Origin: Lama glama
Lineage: Eukaryota
Assembly (NCBI GenBank): GCA_028534125.1
Contig: CM052817.1
Coordinates: forward strand, 62,126,001 to 62,190,000
Direction: 5' to 3'
DNA length: 64,000 bases
Positions 38,113 through 51,705 of this stretch are shown here, in pieces; the first letter of the stretch is position 1; each line of letters starts with the position of its first letter. The position numbers were made by a program, and so were the translations under genes. The notes under the pieces are model-generated. The model did no database searches, had not been told where the DNA came from, and saw only the letters and a program-made list of their open reading frames with translations.

Positions 38113-40365
38113 AGCAAAGTTAGTTTGTTCTTCTATAATTCCTCTGTTCCTTAGTGGAAAGCTATTGATGTTTATCATCAGCTGCTTCATAGTTTTTCAC
38201 TCCTCCCCAGATGCATCAGACTAAAAACAGCCAATACACATATAAAGTGCCAGAAAAAAGAAATACTTGAAATCACCAAATTTAAGAACTATGAGAGGTT
38301 TAAAAATCAGGAATCTGGTCTGATGACTCATTTTAGATGGAGAAGTTAGATGACCGGCCTAAGTCATACATTTGCTATGGACAGAACCAAAGTCCACGCC
38401 TCCCATCTTCTAGCCCTGTGCCAGTGTTTCCTAAAATTTAGCCCCATGTTCATAATTTCTGATACATTTGCACACCTTGAACCATTACTTGTGATTTTTA
38501 AAAGTGAAATCAATTCAAATCAAATAAGTATATTTATTACAAGAGGAAACTGTAATATCTGTATATTGTCACATTAACTGGTAAAGGTATCAACTGCCAC
38601 CTACAGAAGGTTACCATAGTATGTAAAATGAACACAAAACAATGCTTCATCATTTAGTTAGATACTTTTGCCTGCTGTAGGTCTAGGGCCTAAGGCAGAC
38701 TTTTTTTTTTTTTTTGTTAAAAATAGAGATTAGTAAATGTTAGGCGATGTCAGCCAAGTAGGAAAGAAAAGAAACTCTTGTTTTAATCTAATGAGTTCTG
38801 AAAAACAGGAACAACTCCACTAACATGCTAGGTCAAGGTATGATTCCAAGATTACATGCCTTCCCAGTATCTTGACTTCTAACTCCATGCCCACATGAAC
38901 CATTTACGGGTCCTGTTTCCCATTCACTGCTTTCCAACGCTCTGCAGCCCATCTGTAGGAATATATCATCTCTATCAATGTTGAGTTAGGTGAGAAGTTG
39001 CCTGCCCTCCAGATAGTAGGTGGCATAATATAGCACAGGCTTCTTAGAGATAATGTCATGGTCTGCAGATACTGTGGCAGGCTTTACAAAGACCTTGAAA
39101 TCATCTGAAAAGTTATTGTTTGATTCCATTAGGGCCAGTCCTGATCTCATTTCTCTAAAATGAAACCTGACAACTGTGGTTTAGGCATGGCTGATATGTG
39201 ATGCAACTGGGGCAGACTTGATTCGTAGTCCAAATTTATCAGAATGTGGCAAGAAATAGGTTATATAACATAAAATAGGTCATAATCTTGACTTATTTTA
39301 CTCCTAGTCCTTTAAGCCACCCTACTTCACTAATAAAGAATATCCATTCCTTACTTCCACACTTAAATTCCTGAGTATAATTTATAAAGCAACTCAAACA
39401 ATGAGAAATAAAGTGATATGCTCCTGGAGAATGAGAGTAACATTTAACTCTTAGGGCTGAAAATTGTTAGCTTAAAGCAATTTTTATATTTTTCAAAATA
39501 TAAAATATGGTTTGGCTCATTCCAAACTATATTTTCAGCAATTTCACTATTTAAAAAAAAATGCCCATTTAAAAATGCAAACATTTACTTTTAAAATCAA
39601 AAGAATGCAATGGCTATTGATGGCAAATTTAAATGTTTGCAATGGTTTGATGGCAAATATGGTGTTAAATGGGCATATTTTAGGTGTTTCATGAAGGAGG
39701 TACAATTTATTGGTTACAAGTGAATAGTTGCACCTCACTCCTGAAAATCCTAATTCCAATAAAAAAAAAATAGAAAAGCTACAAACACACTAGAAAAAAT
39801 GAGAATGGGCGAGTAGACCATAGCAGATGAAGGCTGTCAAAAAAAGGAATCTGAAAATAAGATGAATTAGTAAAAGCTAAGGTTTTAGATAATAAAGTTC
39901 TTATCTACAAATCTGTACCAACTGACAATTCGAAAAGAATAAACATGTTTTCGTATATAGAAAGGCATAAAAACTTAATCTTTCTTATCTTTATCTTTCA
40001 CACAGCTCTTCTTAGGAGGACGCTAAAGGGTATATTTCACTAACACTGGTGAGTCAACCAGACAAGAAGATGTGAGATATTTCAAGAGGCAGAATGTCCA
40101 GTAAAACCAGAGGGCATTTCTGGGGCAACAGGCAAGGAAATCTTAGTCTGACAACTGTGTAGCAAGCCTGGCTGGGCATCAAGAAAGTTGGAGGTGGGAC
40201 AGAGGGCTCCAAAATGATTGGATCCAAAGGACAATAAATAGATTACATGACACATTTGGCCTTGCTGGGAGGAATTTCAGAATTTCCTGAAAGCACTTGG
40301 GAATACATTAATGTCAGTACTTAGAAATCTAAGGTGAGGGAGGAACAAACAAAGATGGGGAGGGG

Positions 40366-40385
40366 GGAGAGAGAGAGAGAGAGAG
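40366..40385. repeat. (GA)n microsatellite
   Basis: gagagagagagagagagag. Confidence 0.9.
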
Positions 40386-40699
40386 CATGCACAAGAGAAA
40401 AGAGACGTTCCTAGCTACTTCGAATATGCCACCTCTGCAGCTTTTATGTAGCCTACATAGTGTAACCTCCCCAAAGATTAGAGAGTTGAGGATAAGAATC
40501 CATTTTCCCTTTTGGGCCCATGATTTGATCCACATTCACAACATTTAGAGAAATGTTCACGGGCTAAAGCAGCTGATGCCAGTAGAGTTTCTCAGGGTCC
40601 TAATCCAGGAAGAGGCAGGCGAAGTGGGTAGTTCGACAAATTAGTTTTTTTAGTGACTGAACTGCTTTTTCTGGATGATTAGAATTCCTTATTTCAAGC

Positions 40700-40840
40700 C
40701 ATTACTAATACTTTCATCTTCATATAATTCGAAATGCTTTGCAAGGACTTTCCTATCTGTCCGATTAGTTCAACCTCACAGAATCATTAGGAGGTTAAAT
40801 AACATATGTTATTATCCTCAGTCTAATAATGAGGAAGCAG
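40700..40840 (-). mobile_element. MIR SINE
   Basis: 'tcaacctcacagaatc...ttattatcctcagtctaataatgaggaagcaga'. Confidence 0.55.
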
Positions 40841-41699
40841 ATTCAAAAAAAAAAATTAACTGGCTTCTTTGTCCTTTGTTTAGTTTTTGAAAAAGGAGAA
40901 AACAGGACTGAGGTCTCCTATCTGCTTCACCCCAAATCTTTTTTCACTCTGTCAGTGATTCCCAGCATGCGGGCCTCAAACAACCCAAGAGGCTCAGAAA
41001 TAATTTTAGAGTGTTCAAATCCTCAAGTCCAAATGCAAACCTGGCATTATCTTCAGAAGAACCAATAACACATCCTACACGTATGTAACTTCTACTTTTC
41101 AAATACACAATGACATTTCTCTGATAAAAAACACACATTTATGCAAAAGTTTTTACTGAATTCACAATAACCTTTTATCTTTGTGCATTCTCAAATCAAT
41201 GAAAGATTGAAAGCACCACTATTTATTCTGTGGAGGCGATCAATTTTTTTTGAAGCTGAAAGGGATCCTGTATGTCTACACCACACTCTCAGAGAGGCCC
41301 TCCTTGACAAGTCAAACTAAATTAAACACCCACTCCACGCACTGTTCTCTAGCTCAGCCCCCTTTACTCTCCATAGTACTCAGCACACTCACAGGCACCC
41401 CACTTATCTTTTGACCTGTTCTGGAGTCCACTCAGATCCATCCCTCACCTGCCACAGGAAGGTGTGGTCCACGCGGGCAGAGGCATTGTTGCTCTGGTTC
41501 ACTCTCGTGTGAACCCAGGACTGGCCTGGTGAAACCATGGGCTTCACCAAGCTCTGCGGATTCAGGTGTCAGGAATGTTGCCACACCTGTTCTCCCAGCT
41601 GGCGCCCAGCTCTGCCCTGTTAGAGGGCAGATGATCAAGGTGTAAGTAGAAAAACAACTATGCCAATGAAAATGGTGGCTGTGAATGATAGTTTCGGGG

Positions 41700-41870
41700 T
41701 GCTTAGCACGTCATGTGAGTACCTTACATACATCCTGTATTTGCTTCCCGGTCTGTAAGATGGGTAATATTGCCTCTGCTTTGCAGATGATAAACTGATT
41801 CTCAGAGGTAGTTAGGTTCTGTACCCTGGACCACACTAGGAAAAGATACTGATGCACCTCTTAACGACAT
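41700..41870 (-). mobile_element. MIR SINE
   Basis: 'tttgcagatgataaactgattctcagagg...ccctggaccacac'. Confidence 0.65.
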
Positions 41871-43429
41871 CTGCATGTTCCTATAAACTGTCCTAATCTC
41901 GTGGGTTACCTTGTCCCTGGTACTACCCTTATGCACGGCACTCCACAGTAGGTCAAAGTCTTTTGATAAAAAAGAGAAGACCAACAGATTCCATTTAAGG
42001 GGCTACCTGTCCTCTCTTACTTTTGTGCATTCGTTACAAACGATAATCCTTTAGAATTCAACAGATGTTTCAGCATTAACTAAAATCCCTATTTTTTTTT
42101 CAACTCCTGGAGGAGGGAAGAGGAGAGGGAAGAGAGGCAAGATGCTCACAAAGGGAAGTCTGTGATGCTGAATCAGCCTCAGAGCTGAAGCAAAGGCAGA
42201 GATGCAGCTACCGCCCAGAGCAAATGAAAGAGGCACTTTGTTAGTAACGGGGGAGAGTGTTAGGGGACGCAACATCTAGCTAGAAGAAAGTTAAGCCTCA
42301 GGCAGAAATCAGGGCAATTATTGAACAAATCTGGGGGCATCACATTCACTCTGAACACTAAAGAGATGACGGCCTTCTGCTCAGAGGCAAATGACAGCAT
42401 TCAAATTATGTCCCACTCAAACTCAGCCCCCACCCCCTCTAGCCAGTGTAAAGAATCAAAGGGAGTTTGCAGATCAGCCTGGCTCTGCCTCGGGGTTGAC
42501 AAATGTGAGATCAGCCCCTCCTCATCACCACCTGATTCCCTCTGGACCTTCTAATGGTTCAGAGGGCAAAGGAATAATGCGATTTGTCAGGAAAGGGACA
42601 AATGCTGCAATAACAATGTCCACGTAAGCTGAGCAAATGCTTGGTTTAATTGTCTCCACAAGTCAGCCTCACAGGAGTTCAGCTGGGAAAGCTGATGATC
42701 CAGAAGAAATTATTTTCTTATCTTTTATTGAAAATTTCAAGGAAAACACATGCCACAGCCCCTCAGGACAAACCGGAGAATGGCCAGGACAGGGAAGATG
42801 GATGTCTTCCAATGTCTTGACACATCTAACTTTAAGATATTGAGGATACTATCATAACTTTCTGCGTTAAATGTCTTTATTAGAGAAACAAGATTTATGT
42901 TTCTGGTCTAGGAAGCGAAAGAAACTCGGGTGTCCATAAAAGGTCCTGTGTCAGTCACTCAGCCTATCTGATTAGGGGCACAGAGGGCAGAATTTTAAAG
43001 AGAAAGTTATCTTCCTTTGGGTGGCCAGGTTTCTCTTCCTTGCAATTTACTTTTATACATTTCCCTGAGCTTTCTGGCACATTATATTACTTCTTTGGTT
43101 TCTGTTAGAAGTTCCTGCAGGAAATGGTAACTCTCTAGTTTCCTTATTTTCAAAAATGAATGTTCACATATGTTTAACATCAGGCTCCCTCACATCCACC
43201 CATAAATCTGCACACTGGAGGGAAATATATATATTATAAATAATTCACATAACACAGTATAAGCCTTTCTCACACTGAAGAAAATTAGGCAAATGAAAAA
43301 GTTGCAATTAAATTCAATCTCTGTCTCTTCTCTTTATTCATAAGTTTTAAATCCTCATAGATGGCTAAGTGATTTCTAGGAGAATAGGGCTGGTTACTAA
43401 GTTGGAGGTTTCCTGACAGCTCTCAGCAG

Positions 43430-44142
43430 GGGCAATCATGGATCCTAAACTAGTCATTATTTCCCCTCATTGGGTCCCCTCCCGGCTATATCTACTGCTA
43501 CCGCCTTCATTAAGGACCCAACAACTGCAGGTGCTCCTAACTGGCCCCCCCGGCCGCTGGTCCTCACTCCTCCCATCCGTTCTCCATAATGCTGTGGAAT
43601 GTTTTTTCTAAAACACGATTCCAGTCACATCATATCTATTTCTCCATTGCCTTCAGGACGCAGAATGGTCTGGGTTGGCATAGGGTGCCGTGAGCTTCCT
43701 CAGGCTCATCTCTTGTCCTTACCCTCACCTCCCCCAACATCTCACAGTCTCCTCAGGCCAAATCACTCACAATTCTTCCAATGGAGTGTGCTCTTTAAGC
43801 CCCCTTATGTTCATACATACTTCTCCATTTTCTCAGAACTCCTTCTCAATTCTGTTCACTGGGTTAGTATCACTACACAAAACTTAACTCAGGTATTACC
43901 TTTCCCAGAGAGCCTTCTCTGAACACATTCTATGTGGTACAACTATGCCATCTGGGGTTCCCACTGGATCTGCTTTTCTTTTCTCACACTTTATTATGAC
44001 TTTATGTGAGCCTTTCCCCCTTTTTCTGGACTATACGCTTCTTGAAGGAACTGACCTTTATCTTGCAGTTATTTTTTAAGAACCAAGAGTGATGCATGAT
44101 ATATATCAGTAGACACTTGACACATGTTAGTTGGATAAATGA
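43430..44142 (+). mobile_element. L2 LINE 3' region
   Basis: L2-like body ending in 'agtagacacttgacacatgttagttggataaatga'. It accounts for ORF 43599..43922. Confidence 0.7.
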
Positions 44143-45871
44143 CTATATTAAGAATACGCTGAGTTGAAAGTCACTGTATTTAGTATAATAGGAGAAGCAG
44201 TGAGAAGTCAAATGCTTCCAAAAACATTATACTGATGCCTGAAAATCTACCACTCATGATTTATTCCATAAATGATTTATTGCCTCATTCCTGGAAGACT
44301 ATTAAAATGTAAATACTCTTGTGAGAGTTAGCACAAAAAGTCACCAATTCCTGACCCTGAGTTGGTTTTAGGTTCCCACTGTCAACAGAGAGATCTGAGT
44401 GCCAGCTACAGGTGGTAAGAGAAAGGACAGACAGCAAAAGGGTGAGGCCAAACTGCACAGGGAGCAGAGAAGAACACAAGTCTGTTCATCAGCTTCAGAA
44501 TTTTCCCAGGCACCAGCTCTTGCTTTCCGTCTGTATAGCCAGGATTCCTCCCTGTTTTTCTCACATATGGGAATTGAACAAAAGTGAACGGGGCAAGTTT
44601 TTTTCAAAGGCCCAACAAATCTTGGTAAACAGAGAATGGAAGAATCCCGTGTGACCCTCTGACAAACCCACCGTTCCTCTTCACCAGACTCAGCTCCCCA
44701 AACTCATGTTTGAACGCTCCTGCCATACTCCAGCCTCCTGGTCGTACACTTCCTTGATTGTTCTGGAGCTATTACTTTAATATTCCTAAAGCGTGTTCTG
44801 TTTACCTTTCTGTATGGCCTCTCCTCTGCTCCCAGTATCATCTCTCCTAACACCCCTCATGCAACCCAAGAGGGCTTGTTCCTGTGCTCTCTACAGATGC
44901 CAACTAGAGACAGCACTGACCCACGTTTCCCTGCCTATCCCCTCGGCCGGCTTTCTCAAGGCCACCCATGGTGGAGCTTGGCCTCGGGCATTTCCCACAG
45001 AGGGCGGCTCTCCCTTCCAGAATTGCCACTCATCAACCTCCTCATTCAAATCAGATCTAACATCTAATTATTCTGATTATACCACATTTGTGTGGAGGGT
45101 GTTATTATCTTTGCACTTTATTGAAGACAATACGGTTCGGAATAATCAACTGAATTCATTCTCCCAATGGTGGGAATAAAGGTTTTAGAGCTACATAGAC
45201 TGGACAAAGCGTTTTCTAGCACTGTCATATACCTCATTTTTATTCTTATCACAATAATAACTTCCACATTAAAAACACGCTGTTCCCAGAGTTGAAAACT
45301 TTTCCTCATAGTTTATTTGTGAGTCTGCAATAGCCGAGGAAGCAGACAGTCATACATTTCCAATTCCTGGGTCATTAGATTACACAGCTCCCCACTCAAA
45401 CCTTGCAAATGTATCGGTGTTCAATTAGGTGCAGAACAGCTTTCCTTTTAAAACAAGAGACACAGCTTGCAAATGGCCAGGATGAGTCTTCATTCTCAGA
45501 GAAAAGCTGTTTCCTACTTTGCACTCAGACCCAAAGTTCCGTTAAACTTCTCCAGACCTTATTAAGTAATGGAGGCACATCAGACAAATACCAGCTTTTT
45601 ATGATCAGATCAATGCATCCCCTCAAATACCACACTCAGTTAATTTATGGACTCACTCATATAGTTGGTAAAAATTCTGAAATTAAGGAGAGATTCTTTT
45701 ATTACTTCTTTAGAAACTTCTCAAATTTCCTAGGTTTCAGTTTCCACTTCTACTCTCCCCCACCCCAACCCCCCGGGCAAGAATATAGGCCTTTTGGAGA
45801 GGGAGTTACCCCCCCCCAAAAAAAGGATAGATAAAATGAAATGGTAGGGGGTCGTACTAACAAAGAAATTA

Positions 45872-46352
45872 TGTAATCGGGAAGAACAGATCTGACTCAA
45901 TATTGGATCTGTTTCTTTTCCTTTAACCTCTGTGTTCTCTTGCTTTTGCTACAAGTTAATCACTATAGGGATGCTGCCTATAAATTTAAATTATACATAA
46001 TGGTCCATCTCTGGGAACTCTGCCTCTCATGTAATGAGTGTTAAGCCAAAATACCTTTGTTTCACTCACAGGAAACATCCTGACCAGGCCCACCAGTGAA
46101 TGGCTGCAGGAAGGGAGAAATTAACACATCCTCTCTGAAGTCTGACTGGAGCCAGGAAACGTTCAATTTTACCCCCCTCCCTTTTGGTCTAAAAGAAGCC
46201 TGAATTCTAACTCAGGGAAAATGATTCTTTGGGATACTAGTCCATCATCTTCCCAGTCTGCTGGCTTTCTGAATAAAGGCACTATTCTTTGCCCCAGCAA
46301 CTTGTCCTTCAATTTACTGGCCTGTCATGCAGTGAGCTTGGATGCAGTAACA
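45872..46352 (+). mobile_element. ERV1 solo LTR, MER41-like (cetartiodactyl type)
   Basis: TG...CA ends (tgtaatcgggaagaacagatctgactc ... gcagtaaca), AATAAA at 46272-46277, a 3' block 'tagtccatcatcttcccagtctgctggctttctgaataaag' typical of MER41-like LTRs, and 4-bp flanks atta/acta. Confidence 0.8.
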
Positions 46353-47989
46353 ACTAGGCAAGCATCTAAGGGTCCACCCTCCTGCAAAGTTGACTCTGCT
46401 CCCAGCACCTCCACGATTGCTTATGAGTTTCTGGAGACACAAGTTGAGTTTGTAACTCCGCTAGCTTTGCTATGAAGACTGTCAACAATGGCTGGAATTC
46501 TGTTAGGCAACGGGTGTTACCTGAATGAACTGGCATTTGATGGCACAAAGCAGAGTATAAAGAAAATACTTAGCAACTAATGCACTTAGACCCAACTGTT
46601 TTGCGTTTCGTAATTGAGAAGGCAGAAACTCATAACCTAATATTTTAAGGTGATTTTTTAGGTTCAGTAAAATGCCTTTGAATTTAAACACGTTTTCTTC
46701 AAGGAGGTTATATAGTGCAATGAAGGAGAAAGAATGATCTGGAAAACTATGTTGAAAATATAAAGAAAAAGAATTTTGGAGATTATTGTGACTTTTTTTT
46801 TTTTACAAGTGGGAAATAAAATCCAAATCTTCAGTACAATAATATTTACTCTTCATATTAAATTCATATAACCTTAAGCCTCTCCCTTGATTATAAACCC
46901 ATCTGAGCCCTGGCCACCACAGCTAAAGATTTCTTTCTTTTCTCATCTTTTTGATACTTTAGCCTGAGTTGTCACAGACCCATTTAACTCTTAAAGGGCG
47001 TGCCAGAAGTATAAATGTAAAAGTACCAAGTAAAAATTTTTTTTAAATACTGGGCATACAAAACTTTCATTAGCCATTAATATTTGTCTCAACTTACCCT
47101 ATTTTTTACTTACATCCTACTTCTTCGAGTCACAACTTTTTAGTTCAAGTGTCCAAATACGTTAGGACAATGATCCTCAAATTACGTGGCAAAAGGAATC
47201 ACTGGAATCGTTTCAGTGATTATAGCTTCCTACCTCTAATCTTTCTGAAAACAAATCTCAGATGGAGCTGGGAACACAGATGATTCATAGCAAACACCTG
47301 GAGTGCCCCACCTCCCCCCAAACCCCCACAGATTTCAAAGAAAAACAAACAAAAAAGCAAGTCAATAAAATAAACAGAATGACTATATTAAACTGACTAT
47401 TCACTGATTGAGTTGATATTTGAGAGTCTTTTCTGTGTCAGTCATTTTCCTAGTCCCCGGGCATGATTTACATACTATTCATTAAGTTAATTGTCTGGTT
47501 TTAATAAGTTCAATGCCTCATTTTCATTAAAGCAATGCTGATTTTTAAAATAAGGCTTATCACATGTGTCACAACTTATTTCCAAAACAACTTTAATAGT
47601 TGACAAACTTGAAGGGTGTCCATGATGAATCATTAGAAAGTATGGGATAAATAGGGTGGATTTATTGTTGGAGTTCAGGACATGCAGGTGTGAACAGGCA
47701 ACCTGAAGTATGAATCCATCATTGTGAAAAAAAAGGCACTTGCTTTGAAACCAATTTTCAAGTGCTCCGAAAATGGATTTTTTTAAAAATTAAAATTAAA
47801 TTGCAAAGTTACAATTATTGCTTTTTTAGTAGGCAATAACTGAAATATAATAATGTCCCTTTGTCCCCCAACCCCAACTTAAAACTTCATCAGATAACGT
47901 AAAAACACCGATGGAACTAGGCATGTTAAGATTAAAATCGGATCAAATAAGTGACAGAAAGGGGGCTTTGTAGTAAATTTACTTATGAG

Positions 47990-48140
47990 TGTCCAGAGGG
48001 CAGAAATAGAATGAAGGTTAGAAAAAGAATGGTTAATGGAAGTTAGAAAGATTTAAGTCAATGTAAGGAAGAACTTTCAAGCACTTATTTCATGGATGGA
48101 CCTGCTTGTCAGCAGAGACAAGGGAACCACCTGTCAGTGT
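47990..48140 (+). mobile_element. CR1/L3 LINE 3' fragment
   Basis: 'ccagagggcagaa...aatggaagttag...agatttaagtcaatgtaaggaagaacttt'. Confidence 0.55.
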
Positions 48141-48899
48141 TTCTGTGGGCACTCGGGCTAAGGGTTTTGAAAGATTACTGACTAAATATGAGTTTTTAGA
48201 GTGAGGAAGCACCTGAAATGGTGGTGTGCACTGTAGTTTCCCTAGAGAACTGGAAAGTTTAATTTAAAGACAGTTCACTCTTCGATCCATCTTTGAACTG
48301 CATTTGCCTTTAAAATTCAAGTGGAACACCAAATAACGAGAGACTATCTCGGGGAAAGTGATTTAAACGACAACAAAAAAAGGGGAGGGGGCGGATAGGA
48401 TACCGATATGATACAAAATCTCTGCTGTCATGTATAAGTGCTACCTCAGTTCCCTGGCTCCAGGGGACAGATAGGAAATTAATGTGTAAAAATTAAGAAG
48501 AGATATAATCTGATTCAAGGCATATTGGATTTTTCTGGCAATTAGAACAGTTAGGTCCAGTTTGCTTAAATATATTTTTATCAGCATTACAGAAATATGC
48601 TTTCACTTCCAAAACTTCTATGACATCATTATCAAAATGTCTACACATCATGTCCAAGTCACAGAGCCACAGGACAAAAATATATGACATAATTAAATAG
48701 CTTGTGCTTCTTGGAAAAATAAGCATTTAACAGTGTAGTTAATAAATAATGTTTAATGCTGTTTAAAAGGACCCAGCAGAGTGCCTATCCCGCCACAAGG
48801 TAAACACTCCATAAAGATGTATGGAATGCATACATTAGAACTAGATGAGTACCAGTGATAGCTCAAACTTCCATTCCAGGAATTGAAGGGGTGTTAAAT

Positions 48900-49068
48900 C
48901 TATTGTCTCATTTATTTCTTTAAATAGCCCTATGAGGGAGATTCTATGACAGTCTCTTACTGGTGAGAAACTGAGGCCAAGGAACTTGCCCAAGGTAAGT
49001 TAAGTGCTAGAAACAAGAATTAAACCCAAGTCTGTTCAGTGTCCCAAACCACATGCTTATTCACTATT
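48900..49068 (-). mobile_element. MIR SINE
   Basis: 'gccctatgagg...gagaaactgaggcc...aacttgcccaagg...gaattaaacccaagtctg'. Confidence 0.85.
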
Positions 49069-51604
49069 AAGTGTGTGCTAGGTGATCCCCATTCTCCTCC
49101 TGCTCTTGCATATTTTATTTTTATATATTTCAGAATGAGCCCTATCAGGACCTCTGTAGTATGAGAAACTGCAGCTCTAATGACACACAGAAAAAAGGAT
49201 CGTATATGGAAATGATTTCGCCAGGTGGAGACTTAATACATCTTTTTACATAAATTAGCACTGTAAGTTCTGGATGTGCATTAAGTTCAATCATTTGTTT
49301 TAAATGTGTCTTCCCCCACTACGGAGCTCTTTGACCTATATTCTGCTATCTTCATTATTAATAAACTCTAGTGTTTGACATTGTGCACTTGTTGCATAGT
49401 GATTTTCACATTTAGTGAGCAAGAAAAATCATCCTCTTGATGACCATTTTGTAATTCTCCTTGAAAATGTTTCCTTGGGATGTTGTTCAGATTGATTAAA
49501 ACTAATTTAGAGGAAAAAGGAGACAAGCATCTTCAGTTCCTAAGCTAATTAGCATCATATAAAGTCTCTGTAATTGACATAACATTTCATAGTTGTATTT
49601 CATCCTTCATACGGCGATTATTCATGAAGTAGAGCCAAGGCAGGAAGGAAATAGGGGCAGGCACAAAGGGAACAAGTAGGCGAAAGTGCATACATAGGAC
49701 TGAGTGTATGCCTCTGGCATTACGCCAAGTCCAAATAAAAATGTGGCTGTTATCTGTTGTTTTGTCATAGCCACAGCAGTTATTTCCTCTCCCCTGACCT
49801 GTTATCAAGCACAATTAAAACAACTATTTATGAAATGCAAAGCATGAGAGAGCCTTTAAAAATCCAAGAATGCTCTATCAATTTTACGCAAAGAATTCTG
49901 ATATAATGGCACTCTGGGACGAGCAATAACTATTTTTTCCCTCCCATAACATCAACTGCAAAAGATTAGGGATACATACCCAAATGCTCCCTAAATAAAT
50001 AAATATGCTGTATCCAGGAATTTAGCTAAATGCTTTATGAGTCTAGTTACATTTTGTTTTACTCCTCAAGACAGTTATAATCTTCTATTTCATAGTCTTC
50101 TGTTCATAATTTTCTTTAGTATTTCACTTTATTTAACCTAAATGTATCTCCTCCAAACTTCTTAGGGTGCTTTCAAATTGTGGGATTTTATCTTCACAAT
50201 TTGAAATGGACTTATTTGCTTGCTATCAGGTCAGTTCTTAGAGAAGCTTAAAGCAACTGAAATTTGTCTTCCTGAGTTTCCTTTTTTGTACAAACACGCC
50301 TCTGCATAGCCCCACCACCACCTCCCTCCAAGAACCAGGGAGCTTCTTCGAAAGAAAATGACTTACTGATAAGTTAAGATATTTGATAATCACGTGAAGT
50401 GATTAGAAACTTTATCACGACTCCTTCTTTAGTATAGAGAAGTGGCAGCTTGGGAGTGGGCAAAACGTCCCCGAGGAACGTTTTCTCATCCCCCAAACTC
50501 CTGGACAATTCCTTCACTCAGGCAAAGGAGCAGTGAGGACCCCACCTACTCGTTCATGACTGTAAACTCTAATAGCTTTATAGCCTTAGTCTTGCCAGAG
50601 TGAATGATGACATATTTCAAAAACATCTGTGTCTTCCTTTGAAACATCGGTCTGAGGTTACTATTCTCTTTCAGAATTCAATTCTAGAACTATACAAGTA
50701 TGATTAGAAATGCCATGACAAGTGGTTTTCGCTTTGTGTTATTGATAGTTTTTGAAAAAGAGTTTATGTTCTCTGATAAGCAGTTTTTAGAATAAACTTG
50801 GTTAAAAATTTTAAGAAACACAAAATTAAGAAAGAAAGGATGAAAAGAAAATGTATTACAAGGAATTATGCTGCGATCTAAAATGTCCAGCGGCATAGGG
50901 TTGCCAGGCTGGGGATGGGAAGTTTGTGTAGTAACCTGAGGACTGTCTTCTACTATAACAACCTGAATATTGTTTATTGAACAAGTAAACTGAATGCCCA
51001 TGGCTCTGATGCCTGAGCATTTATAAAGAGAAAAGGTAAAACTTTGAGAATAAGTAAAGCTTTCAGTGCTAACAAAAGAAAATCCAACTTTCTTTAGAAA
51101 GGTGAAAAATGATTACAAGACAGTCCCTGCTCTTCCTCACAGTCAGAGGCCAACACCAGGCCAATATCCCAGACTAATCTCAACCCTCCCTACACCGCTG
51201 CCTCCCCCCACCTCTGCCTCCCTGGACTTCAGGATGTTTTTCCTGCTGCTCACTTTCCATATCACTGCCTTCAGTTTGTTTAGGGAGTATCCATCTCATT
51301 AAGTGAGACAATAATCCTCTGTATTTCTGACATCCCTTAATTTTTTTTTTCAGAGATACTTGGAATTGAGATAGTATAAACAAAAACATAGGTTTCATTA
51401 GATTGAAGTCAATATTCTGACAGCTGAAACATTAAGACATCAAGTTTGTGATAAATGATTGATGGAGATGGAGTAAACTGTGTCAAGTGGTTTTTTGGTT
51501 GGTTTCTAAATATTCCCTCCAGCTCACCCAGTTTTGCATCAGGGAAATTCCGATGACAAAGTAATCTTGCCATTATTTAAACATGGATAGAGAAAGTAAT
51601 TCTT

Positions 51605-51705
51605 TTAGGTTTATTTATTTATTTATTTTAATGGAGGTACTGAGGATTGAGCCCAGGACCTCCTGCATGCTAAGCACTACCACTGAGCTATATACACTTC
51701 CCACT
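51605..51705 (-). mobile_element. tRNA-derived SINE of camelid (Vicugna-like) type with perfect 15-bp TSD
   Basis: Minus strand reads gggaagtgtatatagctcagtggtag...ggaggtcctgggctcaatcctcagtacctccattaaaataaataaaataaataaacctaa, with A-box TAGCTCAGTGG and B-box-like GGCTCAATCC. TSD gagaaagtaattctt at 51590-51604 and 51706-51720. Confidence 0.9.

Noticed and set aside
44793..45834. 128-aa and 143-aa ORFs, also 58676..59077 and 17459..17842
   Set aside because: No recognisable homology or exon structure; lengths are compatible with chance ORFs.
49134..49224. Plus-strand exon candidate (NEPYQDLCSMRN...)
   Set aside because: The acceptor is good, but the donor (gtggag) is poor and the peptide is unrecognised.
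51630..51705. tRNA gene
   Set aside because: It has A and B boxes but no complete cloverleaf; the AT-rich tail and TSD identify it as a SINE.
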